Below the pieces are notes generated by a model. The model ran no database searches, was not told the DNA's origin, and saw only the letters and a list, made by a program, of their open reading frames with translations. The translations under genes and the position numbers were made by a program. From a virus (lineage: Duplodnaviria > Caudoviricetes), in IMG/VR virus record IMGVR_UViG_3300005602_000003, positions 878 to 64,877 of that record: DNA of 64,000 nt, one strand, 5' to 3'. Each line of letters starts with the position of its first letter. Within the stretch, counting starts at the first letter, position 1. Positions 47,166-56,673 of this stretch are shown here, in pieces.

Positions 47166-47213
47166 TTACCGACGACCCTTCCGCTTCATCCTGCGATTGC
47201 GGGTGCGGTCCAT
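47166..47213 (-). CDS. Arg-rich micropeptide MDRTRNRRMKRKGRR
   Basis: ATG immediately after the TAA of the upstream copy. Confidence 0.65.
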   Translation of the reverse strand: MDRTRNRRMKRKGRR

Positions 47214-47261
47214 TTACCGACGACCCTTGCGCTTGTGTTTGCGATTGCGGACACGGTCCAT
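47214..47261 (-). CDS. Arg/Lys-rich micropeptide MDRVRNRKHKRKGRR
   Basis: Strong AGAGGAG RBS about 10 nt upstream of the ATG. Confidence 0.75.
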   Translation of the reverse strand: MDRVRNRKHKRKGRR

Positions 47262-47412
47262 TTGCGGAGTCTCCTCTTTTGCCCCGTTGGGGGCGGACAA
47301 AGCCACGCGGGGTGCGGGCTAACGCTTCACCATCCCCCGGCTTGCCAAACCCAGCAATGTGAGGTACGTAGGCGACCTACCCCCTGTTGTGAGTTTTCAT
47401 AGGCAGGTTTAA

Positions 47413-47619
47413 TTGCCCAAGGCCATCAAGCCGGAAAAACCGCCCGCCGACGCCCGGTTTCTTTCAATCAAAGAGGCCGCCTATATCCTTCGCGTCTCGG
47501 TCTGGCATCTCTACGAAGTGCTCAAGACCGACAACCACCCGCCCTATTTCCGGGTCGGCAACCTGATCCGCTTCCCTCGCGCCAAATTCCAGAACTGGTG
47601 CAAAGACGAGGACAACTGA
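47413..47619 (+). CDS. Excisionase-like HTH (HTH_17) protein
   Basis: FLSIKEAAYILRVSVWHLY...PYFRVGNLIRF. Confidence 0.8.
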   Translation: MPKAIKPEKPPADARFLSIKEAAYILRVSVWHLYEVLKTDNHPPYFRVGNLIRFPRAKFQNWCKDEDN

Positions 47620-47620
47620 A

Positions 47621-48064
47621 ATGCACTCTTTGACGATCGCGTTCGGCGAAGGCCAGATGATGTCCTGGCGACTGCTGTTCACCAATGTCGAGAACGCGCA
47701 GGCGGCGTTTCACAAAATCGCATACCCGTCACTGCCTTTGACACCGTTTCCCGCTGTTGGCACAGCGAGTGACGCGCCGCAATCCATGGAATGGCACCGC
47801 TCAACAGCGGCCAACACGGTAATTCCAATCTACGCCGAAATCACCGACGACTTTGGCCAATCGGTGATGATCAAAGTAGACGGCGTCAAAGGACTCATGC
47901 TCGAAGACATGGAACATTCGCAGCTCGGAGATATCGCCATGCGCCTCCACGGCGCGCGCACGCAGGCCATGGCCGTATCACAGGCGAACGCCGATCCGAA
48001 ACTTCGAGCTGGCGGCAGCATTCAACCGGCGGCGTTCAACGGCGGATTTCCGAGGCAGAATTGA
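47621..48064 (+). CDS. Hypothetical protein
   Basis: Starts just after the HTH gene; GAGGA RBS. Confidence 0.65.
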   Translation: MHSLTIAFGEGQMMSWRLLFTNVENAQAAFHKIAYPSLPLTPFPAVGTASDAPQSMEWHRSTAANTVIPIYAEITDDFGQSVMIKVDGVKGLMLEDMEHSQLGDIAMRLHGARTQAMAVSQANADPKLRAGGSIQPAAFNGGFPRQN

Positions 48065-48079
48065 CCCGCCGCAGGCGGG

Positions 48080-49795
48080 CTACTTATGCCCACCCGAGTG
48101 CTTGAACTTCTCGACCAGCAACTCGGGATGCTCCTTGAACAGCTTCTCCTGAGCTTCCTCGTGAGCCTTGTTCTGGGTCTTGGCCGTCTCCTTGTGCGGG
48201 ATCGGCGTGTTGTCGATGACGTGCTCGGCCTGCACCACCCCGGCTTTGAGCGCCGCGAATTCGAGCTGGGTATTCTCGTCCGTGAAGATCGGCGACGACG
48301 AGTGGCTGTCCACCGTGACACGCCAGTTCTCGCTGATGTCGGTCAGCAAGAAGCTGGACTCCTCGATCGTCGCGATCGAGGTGCCGTCGTACCAGTAGCG
48401 TGACGGGTCTTTGGCTTCCTTGAGCTGCAGCGTCAGCTCGGCTGCCTCGGCGGACTGGCCTTCGACCACCAGGGCGCGGTCGCGCAAAGTCGGCGACGCC
48501 ATCTTCTGCAGGCCGCTCGCATGCGCCTGCGACCGCACGCCCGGAGTGCCTTCGCCCTGCATGGCGGCCGGGAAGCCGCCCAGCTTGTCGATCTCCTCCA
48601 GGAGCCACTTGAGCAGTGGCAGCAACTCCGGCGGCACCTTCGGAGTCAAATCCTCGACCTTGCCGCCTTGGCCGAGATTGAAGTACCCGGCGTAACGCGC
48701 CGCCGCGTAGTTCTCATCCTGCATCGTGGTGTCGCCCGAGAACCCAAGGATCCGGTCGACCTGGAGACCCATCAGCCGCTTGGTGTCGCCGCACAGATCG
48801 GACAGGAAGCTCTGCGGCTCGATCAAATCGGCGAGCTCGGAACGGCCCCAGAACCAGTTCGTGACTTCGTTGGGCTGGATCACCCGGTACGGCTGAAGCT
48901 TGCTGTCCTTGATCAGCAGGTTCTGCTTCTTGCCGCGCGGTGCGATCAAGATGTCGGGCTCGACCAACTGGATGGTCGTATAGTCCCGGGTATCCTTGAC
49001 CCACAGTTCATGAAACTGAACCGTGTCAGCCATCACCACCGGTCCCATGATGGCGTAGTTCGGGTCGTTGCCGATCTGCACGATGCCGCCGGGCAACGGA
49101 CGCGTGGCGCCTTGCACGCCGGTCTGAAGCTGCGACGTGGACAGCACCTGATGGAAATAGGACGACGGTTCGGAGACGCCCGACTCGCCCTTCTGGGCGT
49201 GAGTCTTGATCTGACGGAAAAGCCTCTCGGCGTTGGGCATATGCCAGATGCGCTTCCACACCTCGGGCATCGTCAAGGTCGACGTTTCGAGCAGCGCCTC
49301 CTGCTTGTTGATGTCGTTCTCATCCTCGCGATAGACGCCGAACTGCCACGGCATCACCAGCTTGCGCTCGTAGGTGGTGTGCTCGTCAGGCGCCTCGCCC
49401 GTGGTCTCGCACCACTGCTTGAGAATCGCGATGCCGTACTTGAGCGAGTCGAAGACGCCGCGCGCGAACAGTTTGTCGGTCTTGGTTCGATCCCACTCGC
49501 GGGTCAGAATGTGCCCAACCTGCTGGGCCATCTTCTGCATGCGAGGCAGGATCGGGTTCTCGAAGTCGAGCGCGAACTTGAGCTCGACCGGGCTGAAGAT
49601 GTGCGACGCGGTGCGGTCGAGATCGCGGTACATCTTGTTGAGCAGCGACTTGGTGCCGTCATAGCGGCCGGTCTCCGCCATCACGTTCATGAGCCGGTAA
49701 TAGGCGCCGCGGCTGCCCTGGCTGACCTTGCAGGCTTCGATCAGCTCGTTCGCAAGGTCGAGAATTTCCTTTTCGTTGGACGGGACCGGGATCAT
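48080..49795 (-). CDS. Portal protein
   Basis: 571 aa between terminase and head genes; P22-like features (FWGRS, AMQGE..PGVRS). Confidence 0.85.
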   Translation of the reverse strand: MIPVPSNEKEILDLANELIEACKVSQGSRGAYYRLMNVMAETGRYDGTKSLLNKMYRDLDRTASHIFSPVELKFALDFENPILPRMQKMAQQVGHILTREWDRTKTDKLFARGVFDSLKYGIAILKQWCETTGEAPDEHTTYERKLVMPWQFGVYREDENDINKQEALLETSTLTMPEVWKRIWHMPNAERLFRQIKTHAQKGESGVSEPSSYFHQVLSTSQLQTGVQGATRPLPGGIVQIGNDPNYAIMGPVVMADTVQFHELWVKDTRDYTTIQLVEPDILIAPRGKKQNLLIKDSKLQPYRVIQPNEVTNWFWGRSELADLIEPQSFLSDLCGDTKRLMGLQVDRILGFSGDTTMQDENYAAARYAGYFNLGQGGKVEDLTPKVPPELLPLLKWLLEEIDKLGGFPAAMQGEGTPGVRSQAHASGLQKMASPTLRDRALVVEGQSAEAAELTLQLKEAKDPSRYWYDGTSIATIEESSFLLTDISENWRVTVDSHSSSPIFTDENTQLEFAALKAGVVQAEHVIDNTPIPHKETAKTQNKAHEEAQEKLFKEHPELLVEKFKHSGGHK

Positions 49796-50286
49796 CTACC
49801 GATCATCCGTTGAACCCGCGACATCGCCTGCGCGCCCGCGTGCGGCGTGTCATGGCCGACCACGCGGCCGTTCAAGGTGATCGAGCCATCCGCGACCCCG
49901 GCCGCTGCCTCCTTGCCCTGGAACTTCGGCCCGTTTTGCCCGACCGTGAGGCGGGCGGTCTCGGCCGCCACGGACGGCGCCGCGATCTCGCCCTCCTTGG
50001 TGTCGCGCAGGTTGGTAATCTTGAGGCCCGCCATGTCGGACACGTCGCAGCCCGCCATCTGGGCAGCCTGGTGCATGCGGTGCTCCGACGACTTCTCCAG
50101 GTCGCGGTAGACGCCGTCCGTAGCCGCCATGCGGGCAGAACGCAGGGACGGCATGACAACGTCATCGTCGGCCCGATCGTGCGCAGTGCGGTAGCCGCAG
50201 AGCGGGCAGTGTTCAGGCGTGCCGAGGGTGGGTTCCCACGGGAATTTCTTCTCGCACGAGGGGCAACGCATCGAGAACCTAGCCAT
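49792..50286 (-). CDS. Zinc-ribbon protein
   Basis: RCPSC...HCPLCG. Confidence 0.7.
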   Translation of the reverse strand: MARFSMRCPSCEKKFPWEPTLGTPEHCPLCGYRTAHDRADDDVVMPSLRSARMAATDGVYRDLEKSSEHRMHQAAQMAGCDVSDMAGLKITNLRDTKEGEIAAPSVAAETARLTVGQNGPKFQGKEAAAGVADGSITLNGRVVGHDTPHAGAQAMSRVQRMIGR

Positions 50287-52180
50287 ACCGCCATCTCGTT
50301 TTCTGCTGCATCCGTGCCGTATTCATGCGAACCGTCCGCTTCTCGGCGAAGAACTGGTCCAGATGGTTCTGGTTGAACAGCGCCACCTGATCCGTGATGC
50401 TCAGCCGTTTACGGGCGGCCTCCGACTCTCGGGTCATCTTGCGGGCGATCAGGTCGCGCCTAATCTTGGTTTCCCAGTAGTAGTTCGCCAGGGCGGCGGC
50501 GATGACCCGATCATCCTTCTTGGAGCCCTCGATCTTGTCGCCGTCGCGGGCCATTGTACGCATCTCATTGATCAGGTCAATGGAGCGGATATGCAGCTTA
50601 TCGCTCGAAATCGAGTCGCGGAGGCGCTCCATGATCAGGATCTTGGACTGCTGGCCGGTCTTGAAGTGATAGTTATGGCCGTGGCCAATCGCGTCGACCC
50701 TCGAATAAATATAGGCCGTTACGTTTCTAAAAATGTTGCGCAGGCCCTTCTCTTCCAGCGTCTTGAACTGGTAGCCGTTCTCGACCTGATACTTGACCGA
50801 CTTCAACTCGTCGACCACGGCTTGGCCGGGGCCGTTGAGCTCCATGATGTAGCGAACTTGACCGCCCCCTCCCGCGTACCAACCCAGGAGTCCGCATAGC
50901 GCCCACGCGAGCTGGCGCGTGGTGGCGAGCGGCCAAGCATACTCGGCGACCTGATCCATACCGTCTGAGTAGCAGCGGAAGACTTCGAGCGCCGAGCGGT
51001 CGTTATTCTCGTCCGCGCCGTGGGCCGGATCGCCACCAATGACATAGACGCCGTCCGGGTCGGGATCGGCAAACACCTTCAGCTCTGCCGACTTCATGTT
51101 GTCGGCTTGATAGACCCGGACCTCGGCGAACTCGGCGGTGCCTCGGAACATATAGCGGTTGAATTTCTTGGTGACGTATTTGTTGGTGATATTCGTCAGG
51201 TTCTCGCCCGAGAAGAACACGCTGCCAGTCTGCTGGAACGCGTCCTCGGCGGTCCACGGCTGCTCCTGCAGCCGCGTGGTGTTGCCGTCGAACTTGGGAT
51301 CGTTCTCGCCCTCCGACTTCGCGGCCGGGTCCATCTTGCGGCGAACCCAGGCGAGCTGCTCAGGGGTGATATCAAAATCGTAGAGATATTTGACCTCGGC
51401 GATCTTGGCCTGCTCCTTCTCGCTTGGCGGGAAGACGCCGTAGAGTTGGAAGTCGGGATGGTCGCGCTCGATGCGCTGGCTTTCCTTGCTCCAAAAACCT
51501 AAAAACACGGTTTTACAGTGCGCGGTATCGTCGACCGCCTCATCCCAAATATCGCTCCAAACCCCATAGCCACGAGCGGTCGACTCGTAGATATAAAGTC
51601 GCATCGGATGAACATCAGAGAACGCATTCTCCAGCACCTCGATGCCTTGCGGGTCGCCGAAGTTGCAAATTTCCGAAAGGTGACAAAGCGTCAAGTCGGT
51701 GGACGCGCCAAGGCTCTTGGTGCTAGCAGTCTTGCGCGAGCCGGCCGACATGAAGAGCAGCGTCGACTGATTCTGCAACATCAGCCCGTCGCGGTTGTTG
51801 CCTTTGATCTTGGGGAACTTGAGCGACGCCGGCAGGTTCTCGATGACAGACACCAGCTCCGTGCGGGCCTTGCTCTCGTTACGCGACGTGTCGAAGACCA
51901 CTGCGCCCTTGAGCCCGCCCACCATGCCTTGCAGGTAGACGACGAGGAGTCTGATAATCGAAGATATTCCGAGCTGCCGACTTTTGAGAACGTAGACTTT
52001 GTGGATATCGTCTTCCAATGCGTCGAAGATCGCACCAATCAGGAGCCTCTGCCCATAAAACAGATGCTCGCCGATACAGATTAGGCCGACGTGATCTTTT
52101 GAATTAATCTTTGATTCTTGTAGAAACGCGTAAAACCCGCTCTCAAGGCGGACGCGTTCGTCGTGGGACAGACCTGACAT
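50279..52180 (-). CDS. terL: Terminase large subunit
   Basis: VLKSRQLGISS, HLSE, YESTARG, YVIGGDPAHG, IMELNGPG, KDDRVIAAALA. Confidence 0.95.
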   Translation of the reverse strand: MSGLSHDERVRLESGFYAFLQESKINSKDHVGLICIGEHLFYGQRLLIGAIFDALEDDIHKVYVLKSRQLGISSIIRLLVVYLQGMVGGLKGAVVFDTSRNESKARTELVSVIENLPASLKFPKIKGNNRDGLMLQNQSTLLFMSAGSRKTASTKSLGASTDLTLCHLSEICNFGDPQGIEVLENAFSDVHPMRLYIYESTARGYGVWSDIWDEAVDDTAHCKTVFLGFWSKESQRIERDHPDFQLYGVFPPSEKEQAKIAEVKYLYDFDITPEQLAWVRRKMDPAAKSEGENDPKFDGNTTRLQEQPWTAEDAFQQTGSVFFSGENLTNITNKYVTKKFNRYMFRGTAEFAEVRVYQADNMKSAELKVFADPDPDGVYVIGGDPAHGADENNDRSALEVFRCYSDGMDQVAEYAWPLATTRQLAWALCGLLGWYAGGGGQVRYIMELNGPGQAVVDELKSVKYQVENGYQFKTLEEKGLRNIFRNVTAYIYSRVDAIGHGHNYHFKTGQQSKILIMERLRDSISSDKLHIRSIDLINEMRTMARDGDKIEGSKKDDRVIAAALANYYWETKIRRDLIARKMTRESEAARKRLSITDQVALFNQNHLDQFFAEKRTVRMNTARMQQKTRWRYG

Positions 52181-52211
52181 CCCGGCAAATTAGGCCGAAG
52201 GCGCTGGGAAA

Positions 52212-52499
52212 TCAACGTCTTTGCTGCACCCCAAAACCCTGCGGATTCCTGTTCTTCGCGTCCAGATCCTCCACGGCGTTCTCGATCCGCTTCTTGGCGG
52301 TCGCCCAGAACTGGACCACGTCGGCCGAGCCATCGAGCAGGAGGAACTCCACCGGGTCCCCACCCGCCGCAGGCGGGTAGATCACCACGGCGCCGCCGAA
52401 GGGCTGGTCCGCATTATGCTTGATCCGCTCCGCCATCTTGGTGAAGGCTTCGTCTGGACTTGCCCCGCTTTCGCGGGGTTCGACGAGAGGCTGGTTCAT
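52212..52499 (-). CDS. Hypothetical protein
   Basis: Coupled ORF upstream of terL. Confidence 0.65.
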   Translation of the reverse strand: MNQPLVEPRESGASPDEAFTKMAERIKHNADQPFGGAVVIYPPAAGGDPVEFLLLDGSADVVQFWATAKKRIENAVEDLDAKNRNPQGFGVQQRR

Positions 52500-52717
52500 C
52501 AGACATACCTATGCTGGTACTTCGGCTTAATTTCCGAGTGCAAATACCCGCCCACCGACGCGACCGCCCCGGAAGCCAGCATCTCGGCAGTCTCCTCGGG
52601 CACGCCCTCGTAGAGGCTGGTGCGGCCGTTCTGCCAGCGGATCGTCATGCCGCCACGTTCCTCGTCGTACCCGACCTCGGAGACGTGGGAGCTGTAGACG
52701 GATTTGGACCAGCTCAT
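52499..52717 (-). CDS. KTSC-domain protein
   Basis: SSHVSEVGYD...YEGVP...SVGGYLHSEIK. Confidence 0.9.
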   Translation of the reverse strand: MSWSKSVYSSHVSEVGYDEERGGMTIRWQNGRTSLYEGVPEETAEMLASGAVASVGGYLHSEIKPKYQHRYV

Positions 52718-53354
52718 GATGCCTCCTCCTGATCGGCAACTTCGCGATCTTTTTCAGAAACATGCTGGTCGTAGCCACGCATCAGGGCGTTCGCGAACCA
52801 TGTGATCATCCAGCCTTCGTCAAGCGGATTTCCCTCCGGGTCTCGATATCCAAGATCTTCGTTGGCTATCTTGCAGAACGCCTTGGCCCAGTCCTGGGCG
52901 TCGAAGGACGGCAGAGGCCAATCAGGACGTTCGTTATCGGGCCGCCCACTGGCGGCCCATTCTGCCTCAAAAGCAGCGTGATCACCGCCGAGAATTATCG
53001 GGTATCCATTGCTCATTGGCTGCCTTCCATGGTCTTCCGCGCTTCCTGCATCAACTCCTCTACAACCGGGAGAAGCGTGCCGTCGTCATCCTCGATCGTC
53101 TCGTCCGCATAGGCAAGCATGCCCAGCTTGCAAATCACCGGACGGGCCGGGTCGAACGCCGGATTGCCGGGCGGCACGCGCCAGAGAATCACCCGCCTTC
53201 TGGCGGGTTCGTGATCCCCGAGCGACCAGAACTCGCCCTTCATCTCGTCGCCGAACGGCTTGCGGATGTGGCTGCGCCGGTCGGGATGTGCCAGGAAGAA
53301 CGAGGCATCCTGCTTGTCGATCCAGGCTTGGGGGAGGTGTACGTCGTCAGCCAT
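52714..53354 (-). CDS. Two hypothetical proteins (52714-53016, 53013-53354)
   Basis: Overlapping start/stop coupling. Confidence 0.6.
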
Positions 53355-53482
53355 GGCGGGCTTCCAATTCCTTGATCCGCTTGGACGCGGCTTCCAACAT
53401 CTCGCGATCGTCGCAAGCTTTCAAGTCATAATCGCCCACGGACAGCATCTGCTTGAGTTTGAAGTCCAGTTCACGCGCCCGG

Positions 53483-53863
53483 CTATCTAACTTTTCGGTC
53501 AAGGTTGCCATGACAGTCGTATCCTACACCTGTGGCAGAAATAGTCACCGGGATCGAAACGAACTTCGCCGCCAATTCTTCGGCCCGCCTTTTCAATTCT
53601 GTCCGGCGGCGCGCAGTCATAGGCCGCCATTGCAAGCTAGAATTGCACGCCCCGTTCGAATGTGGCTGCTTCCCCACGTCGTTTACATAGGTGACGTGCG
53701 GCTCTTTCGTCAGTTGCCAAACAGGTCCAACGTACGCATCCTGAGCCCACCAAGCAGAGCTATACGACGGCTCCAGACCATACGAGCATTTGATCTCGAT
53801 CTCGGAACCGTCGCGTGGAGCCGAATTCATGTCCTGCCACGCGTTGCCACCAAAGATGCTCAC
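53483..53863 (-). CDS. DUF551-like phage protein
   Basis: WQDMNSAPRDGSEI...QWRPM. Confidence 0.6.
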   Translation of the reverse strand: MSIFGGNAWQDMNSAPRDGSEIEIKCSYGLEPSYSSAWWAQDAYVGPVWQLTKEPHVTYVNDVGKQPHSNGACNSSLQWRPMTARRRTELKRRAEELAAKFVSIPVTISATGVGYDCHGNLDRKVR

Positions 53864-55299
53864 GCTGCCCTCCTGTGTTCCTTAACCTTCTGCGCAAGTG
53901 CGCCGACGATACGCTCGAACACTTTCTCCCAACTTCGCGTCTTGTCCTGCGGGAAAACCCGGTGGTTCGGATACCAGAGAACGTCTTTTCCGTCCACGCC
54001 AAGGCGATAATCTCGGCCTAGGTAGCTGTAAGGCACCCAGCACTCCTTGCCGACCAGTCCGCAGATATGCGCGAGCGCGGACTCGCAGCAAATCACCAAG
54101 TCGAGACCCTTGAGGAGCGCGGTGGTATCCGAAACATCAGAGATGAATGGCGACAGATCCTTGACCAGCCCGGACATCGCGGTGGTGTAGAGGTCGCCCT
54201 TGCGCTGGCTGCCCGGCGAGTCCACCTGCAACGAGTAGAGCTGCACGCCAGCCACCCGATAGAGTTCCAAGAAGTGCTCGACCGGGATGCTCCGGTGGCG
54301 GTCGATGTCGTTCTGAGGCGAACCCGCCCAGGCGATGCCGACGTGAAGCTTCTGGTCCGGCACCTTCCAATCGGAGCGGATCGAGTAGTCCGGGTAGGAG
54401 ATGTGTGGCGTGTTGCGGATTTCCTCGTCGGTCAGGTCGAGCGCCGCCGGGAGACTGATGAAGGTCGACCAGTAATCAGCGGCCGGGAACGGCGTCGTGG
54501 GCTGGAACGGAATGATGTTGACGTTGGGCAGGCGCATGAACGCGTGCTGGAACACGCGCATGAGCTGCTCCTGAACGTAAAGATGCACATAACGGGCTCG
54601 CCCCGCGGCAGCGGGGACGAACCGAGCGAACGACAGCGTGTCGCCGAGACCCTGGTCGGCCTGGATGAACACCTGCGCGTCCCTCTGGCCTTCCCAGCGC
54701 GGGTAGGGGTACGACAGGAAGTTCTTCAGCCGGTATTCGAACCGAACTTCCATCTCCTTGAAGCCCTTGGCGAGCTGGCGGTCGAAGATCAGCGCGAGCG
54801 CGAGGCCGAACCGGAAGTTGGAACGGTGTATCCCGTCGCCTTCGAGCTCGATCGCCTTGCGCCAGCAGCCTACGGCTGCCGAGGTGTCGCCCAGGTCGCC
54901 GTGGACCAGCGCCAGGTCGGCCCACGGGTTGGCCATGTCGGGGTCGATGCTCAAAGCCTCCTTGGCGCAGGCGAAGGCTTCCTCGGTCTCGCCCAGATCA
55001 CGCAGGCGCCAGCCGAGGTTCGAGAGAATTTCGGCCTTGCGAGTGGGCGCGGGGTTGCAACGAAGAGCGCGGCGCCATGCCGCGACCGCGGCCTTGAGGG
55101 CGTAGATGTCGGACACGCGGTTGCCGTACTGGAACAACGGCTCGTCCCAGGTCGGATCCGCCCAGATGGCGGAGGAGAAGAACTGGAACGCCAGCTTCCC
55201 GGCTTCCGGCCCCGCTGACGCGGGGTTGCCCGGCGTCATGCACTGGACGGCCTGATTGAACAGCTTGACGGCGGCGGCGCGGTCACCCATTAAAGCCAC
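53860..55299 (-). CDS. TPR-repeat glycosyltransferase (GT-B, GT9-like C-terminus)
   Basis: N-terminal TPRs; DQGLGDTLSFARF, VGIAWAGSP, RSIP, YSLQ, LDLVICCESALAHICGLVG. Confidence 0.88.
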   Translation of the reverse strand: MALMGDRAAAVKLFNQAVQCMTPGNPASAGPEAGKLAFQFFSSAIWADPTWDEPLFQYGNRVSDIYALKAAVAAWRRALRCNPAPTRKAEILSNLGWRLRDLGETEEAFACAKEALSIDPDMANPWADLALVHGDLGDTSAAVGCWRKAIELEGDGIHRSNFRFGLALALIFDRQLAKGFKEMEVRFEYRLKNFLSYPYPRWEGQRDAQVFIQADQGLGDTLSFARFVPAAAGRARYVHLYVQEQLMRVFQHAFMRLPNVNIIPFQPTTPFPAADYWSTFISLPAALDLTDEEIRNTPHISYPDYSIRSDWKVPDQKLHVGIAWAGSPQNDIDRHRSIPVEHFLELYRVAGVQLYSLQVDSPGSQRKGDLYTTAMSGLVKDLSPFISDVSDTTALLKGLDLVICCESALAHICGLVGKECWVPYSYLGRDYRLGVDGKDVLWYPNHRVFPQDKTRSWEKVFERIVGALAQKVKEHRRAA

Positions 55300-55468
55300 T
55301 TCCTGATTGTAAATCGGCGCACAAGAAAAGGGACGCCCGTGAACAAGACGCCAATCGTTATCGCGCCAAGAGCGCTACGATAATTTCCGTCATATATACG
55401 CGCCGCGGCCCACCCCCACGACATAGACCCTGTCATGGCCGCCCGAAAGATACTGAACTCTCGCTCCG

Positions 55469-56257
55469 TCACGCCGCTACCTCCCCTTGCCCCGCGTCAG
55501 CGGGGTCCGGGTTCAGCCCGCGGGCGCGGGCCGCTTTGATCAACACTTCGATCTGCACCAGCTTGGTGAAGGGCTTGCCGGTGCGGTCTTTCATCGCTGG
55601 ATCGTTGTTGAGCCAGCGACGAACATAGAGCCGAATGTCGCCAGCATCCCGGTGGCAGCCGTTGTGCAAATTCCACGACGGGAAAGCCGCGACTGCGTTC
55701 TGAACCCTCGTCAATACATCCTGCTCATAAGGATCGGGTTCCAACAATGAGAACTTCCCTTTGCCAACCTTGCGATAGCCATAGGGCACATTGCCGATAC
55801 AGCCCTGACGTTCGCGCTTGAGTGTGCGGCCCTCGCCCATGCGCTGGTTGATCCGCATCCGCTCGAAGTCGGCGACGCCTGACAAAATTGTGAATACCAG
55901 CTTGCCGACCATCGAGTCGGCGATCGGCTCGTAGCCGAAATCCGCGATGATGACGCCGATGCCGCGGTCGGTCAGATCGTCGATCATCGCCAGTGCGTTG
56001 CGAGCCGAACGGAACAAACGATCGAGCTTGGACGCCACGATGATATCACCGCGCTTGGCGTGCTCCAGCATCTCCTTCCCGGCCGGACGTTCGGCGAGCG
56101 GCTTGGCCCCGGACACGGCATCGTCCGTGAAATACGCAATATCGAACGCCTCGACTCCGCGCGCCATCGCCACCGACTTGATCTTGCGGCTCTGCTCCTC
56201 ACGCGTCCCGCCGTCATCTTGCCCCTTCGTGCTCCATCGGCTGTACCCGAGCAACAT
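55469..56257 (-). CDS. Serine recombinase (resolvase/invertase family)
   Basis: GYSRWST, DDAVSG, RP, VASKLDRLFRS, FER..I..R, GNVPYGY; AGGAGGGG RBS. Confidence 0.9.
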   Translation of the reverse strand: MLLGYSRWSTKGQDDGGTREEQSRKIKSVAMARGVEAFDIAYFTDDAVSGAKPLAERPAGKEMLEHAKRGDIIVASKLDRLFRSARNALAMIDDLTDRGIGVIIADFGYEPIADSMVGKLVFTILSGVADFERMRINQRMGEGRTLKRERQGCIGNVPYGYRKVGKGKFSLLEPDPYEQDVLTRVQNAVAAFPSWNLHNGCHRDAGDIRLYVRRWLNNDPAMKDRTGKPFTKLVQIEVLIKAARARGLNPDPADAGQGEVAA

Positions 56258-56343
56258 CGATCCCCTCCTGCGTGTCTTAAGGAAGCGGATCTTTGCTTCC
56301 CGTCTCTGTGTCCGCCAGTTTGTAGTCACTTTTACTACCGGTG

Positions 56344-56673
56344 TCAACCCGCCTTTCGGCGGGCACGGACTTTCTTTTTCCGCCGGAAGGCCCGCTTCTT
56401 TTTGGGCTTCACCTCGGACGCGTTCCTCGAAGCAAAACCGCCACGCGCTTCGTGGATAATATCGCTGATGAACGACGGCAGCGGGTTCACGATCGGCTGC
56501 AAAGCATCAGGCGACACCGACACTTTGAAATGCTCGACCAAGGCATCCAGCTTCCACTGAATACCCCGGACCACGTGCTTGATCGAGTCGAGATCCTGCC
56601 CAATGCCGGCGCGGTAGCCGGCTTCCTGAACAAGGAATTTCCTAACGGCTGGCGGCAATCTTGACGGCGCCAT
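56344..56673 (-). CDS. Hypothetical protein with basic C-terminal tail
   Basis: Ends KPKKKRAFRRKKKVRARRKAG. Confidence 0.55.
   Translation of the reverse strand: MAPSRLPPAVRKFLVQEAGYRAGIGQDLDSIKHVVRGIQWKLDALVEHFKVSVSPDALQPIVNPLPSFISDIIHEARGGFASRNASEVKPKKKRAFRRKKKVRARRKAG

Noticed and set aside
52180-53500. Terminase small subunit
   Set aside because: No ORF near terL has a recognisable TerS signature, so none was assigned.
55469-56257. IS607-family transposon
   Set aside because: No N-terminal MerR-like HTH and no adjacent tnpB.
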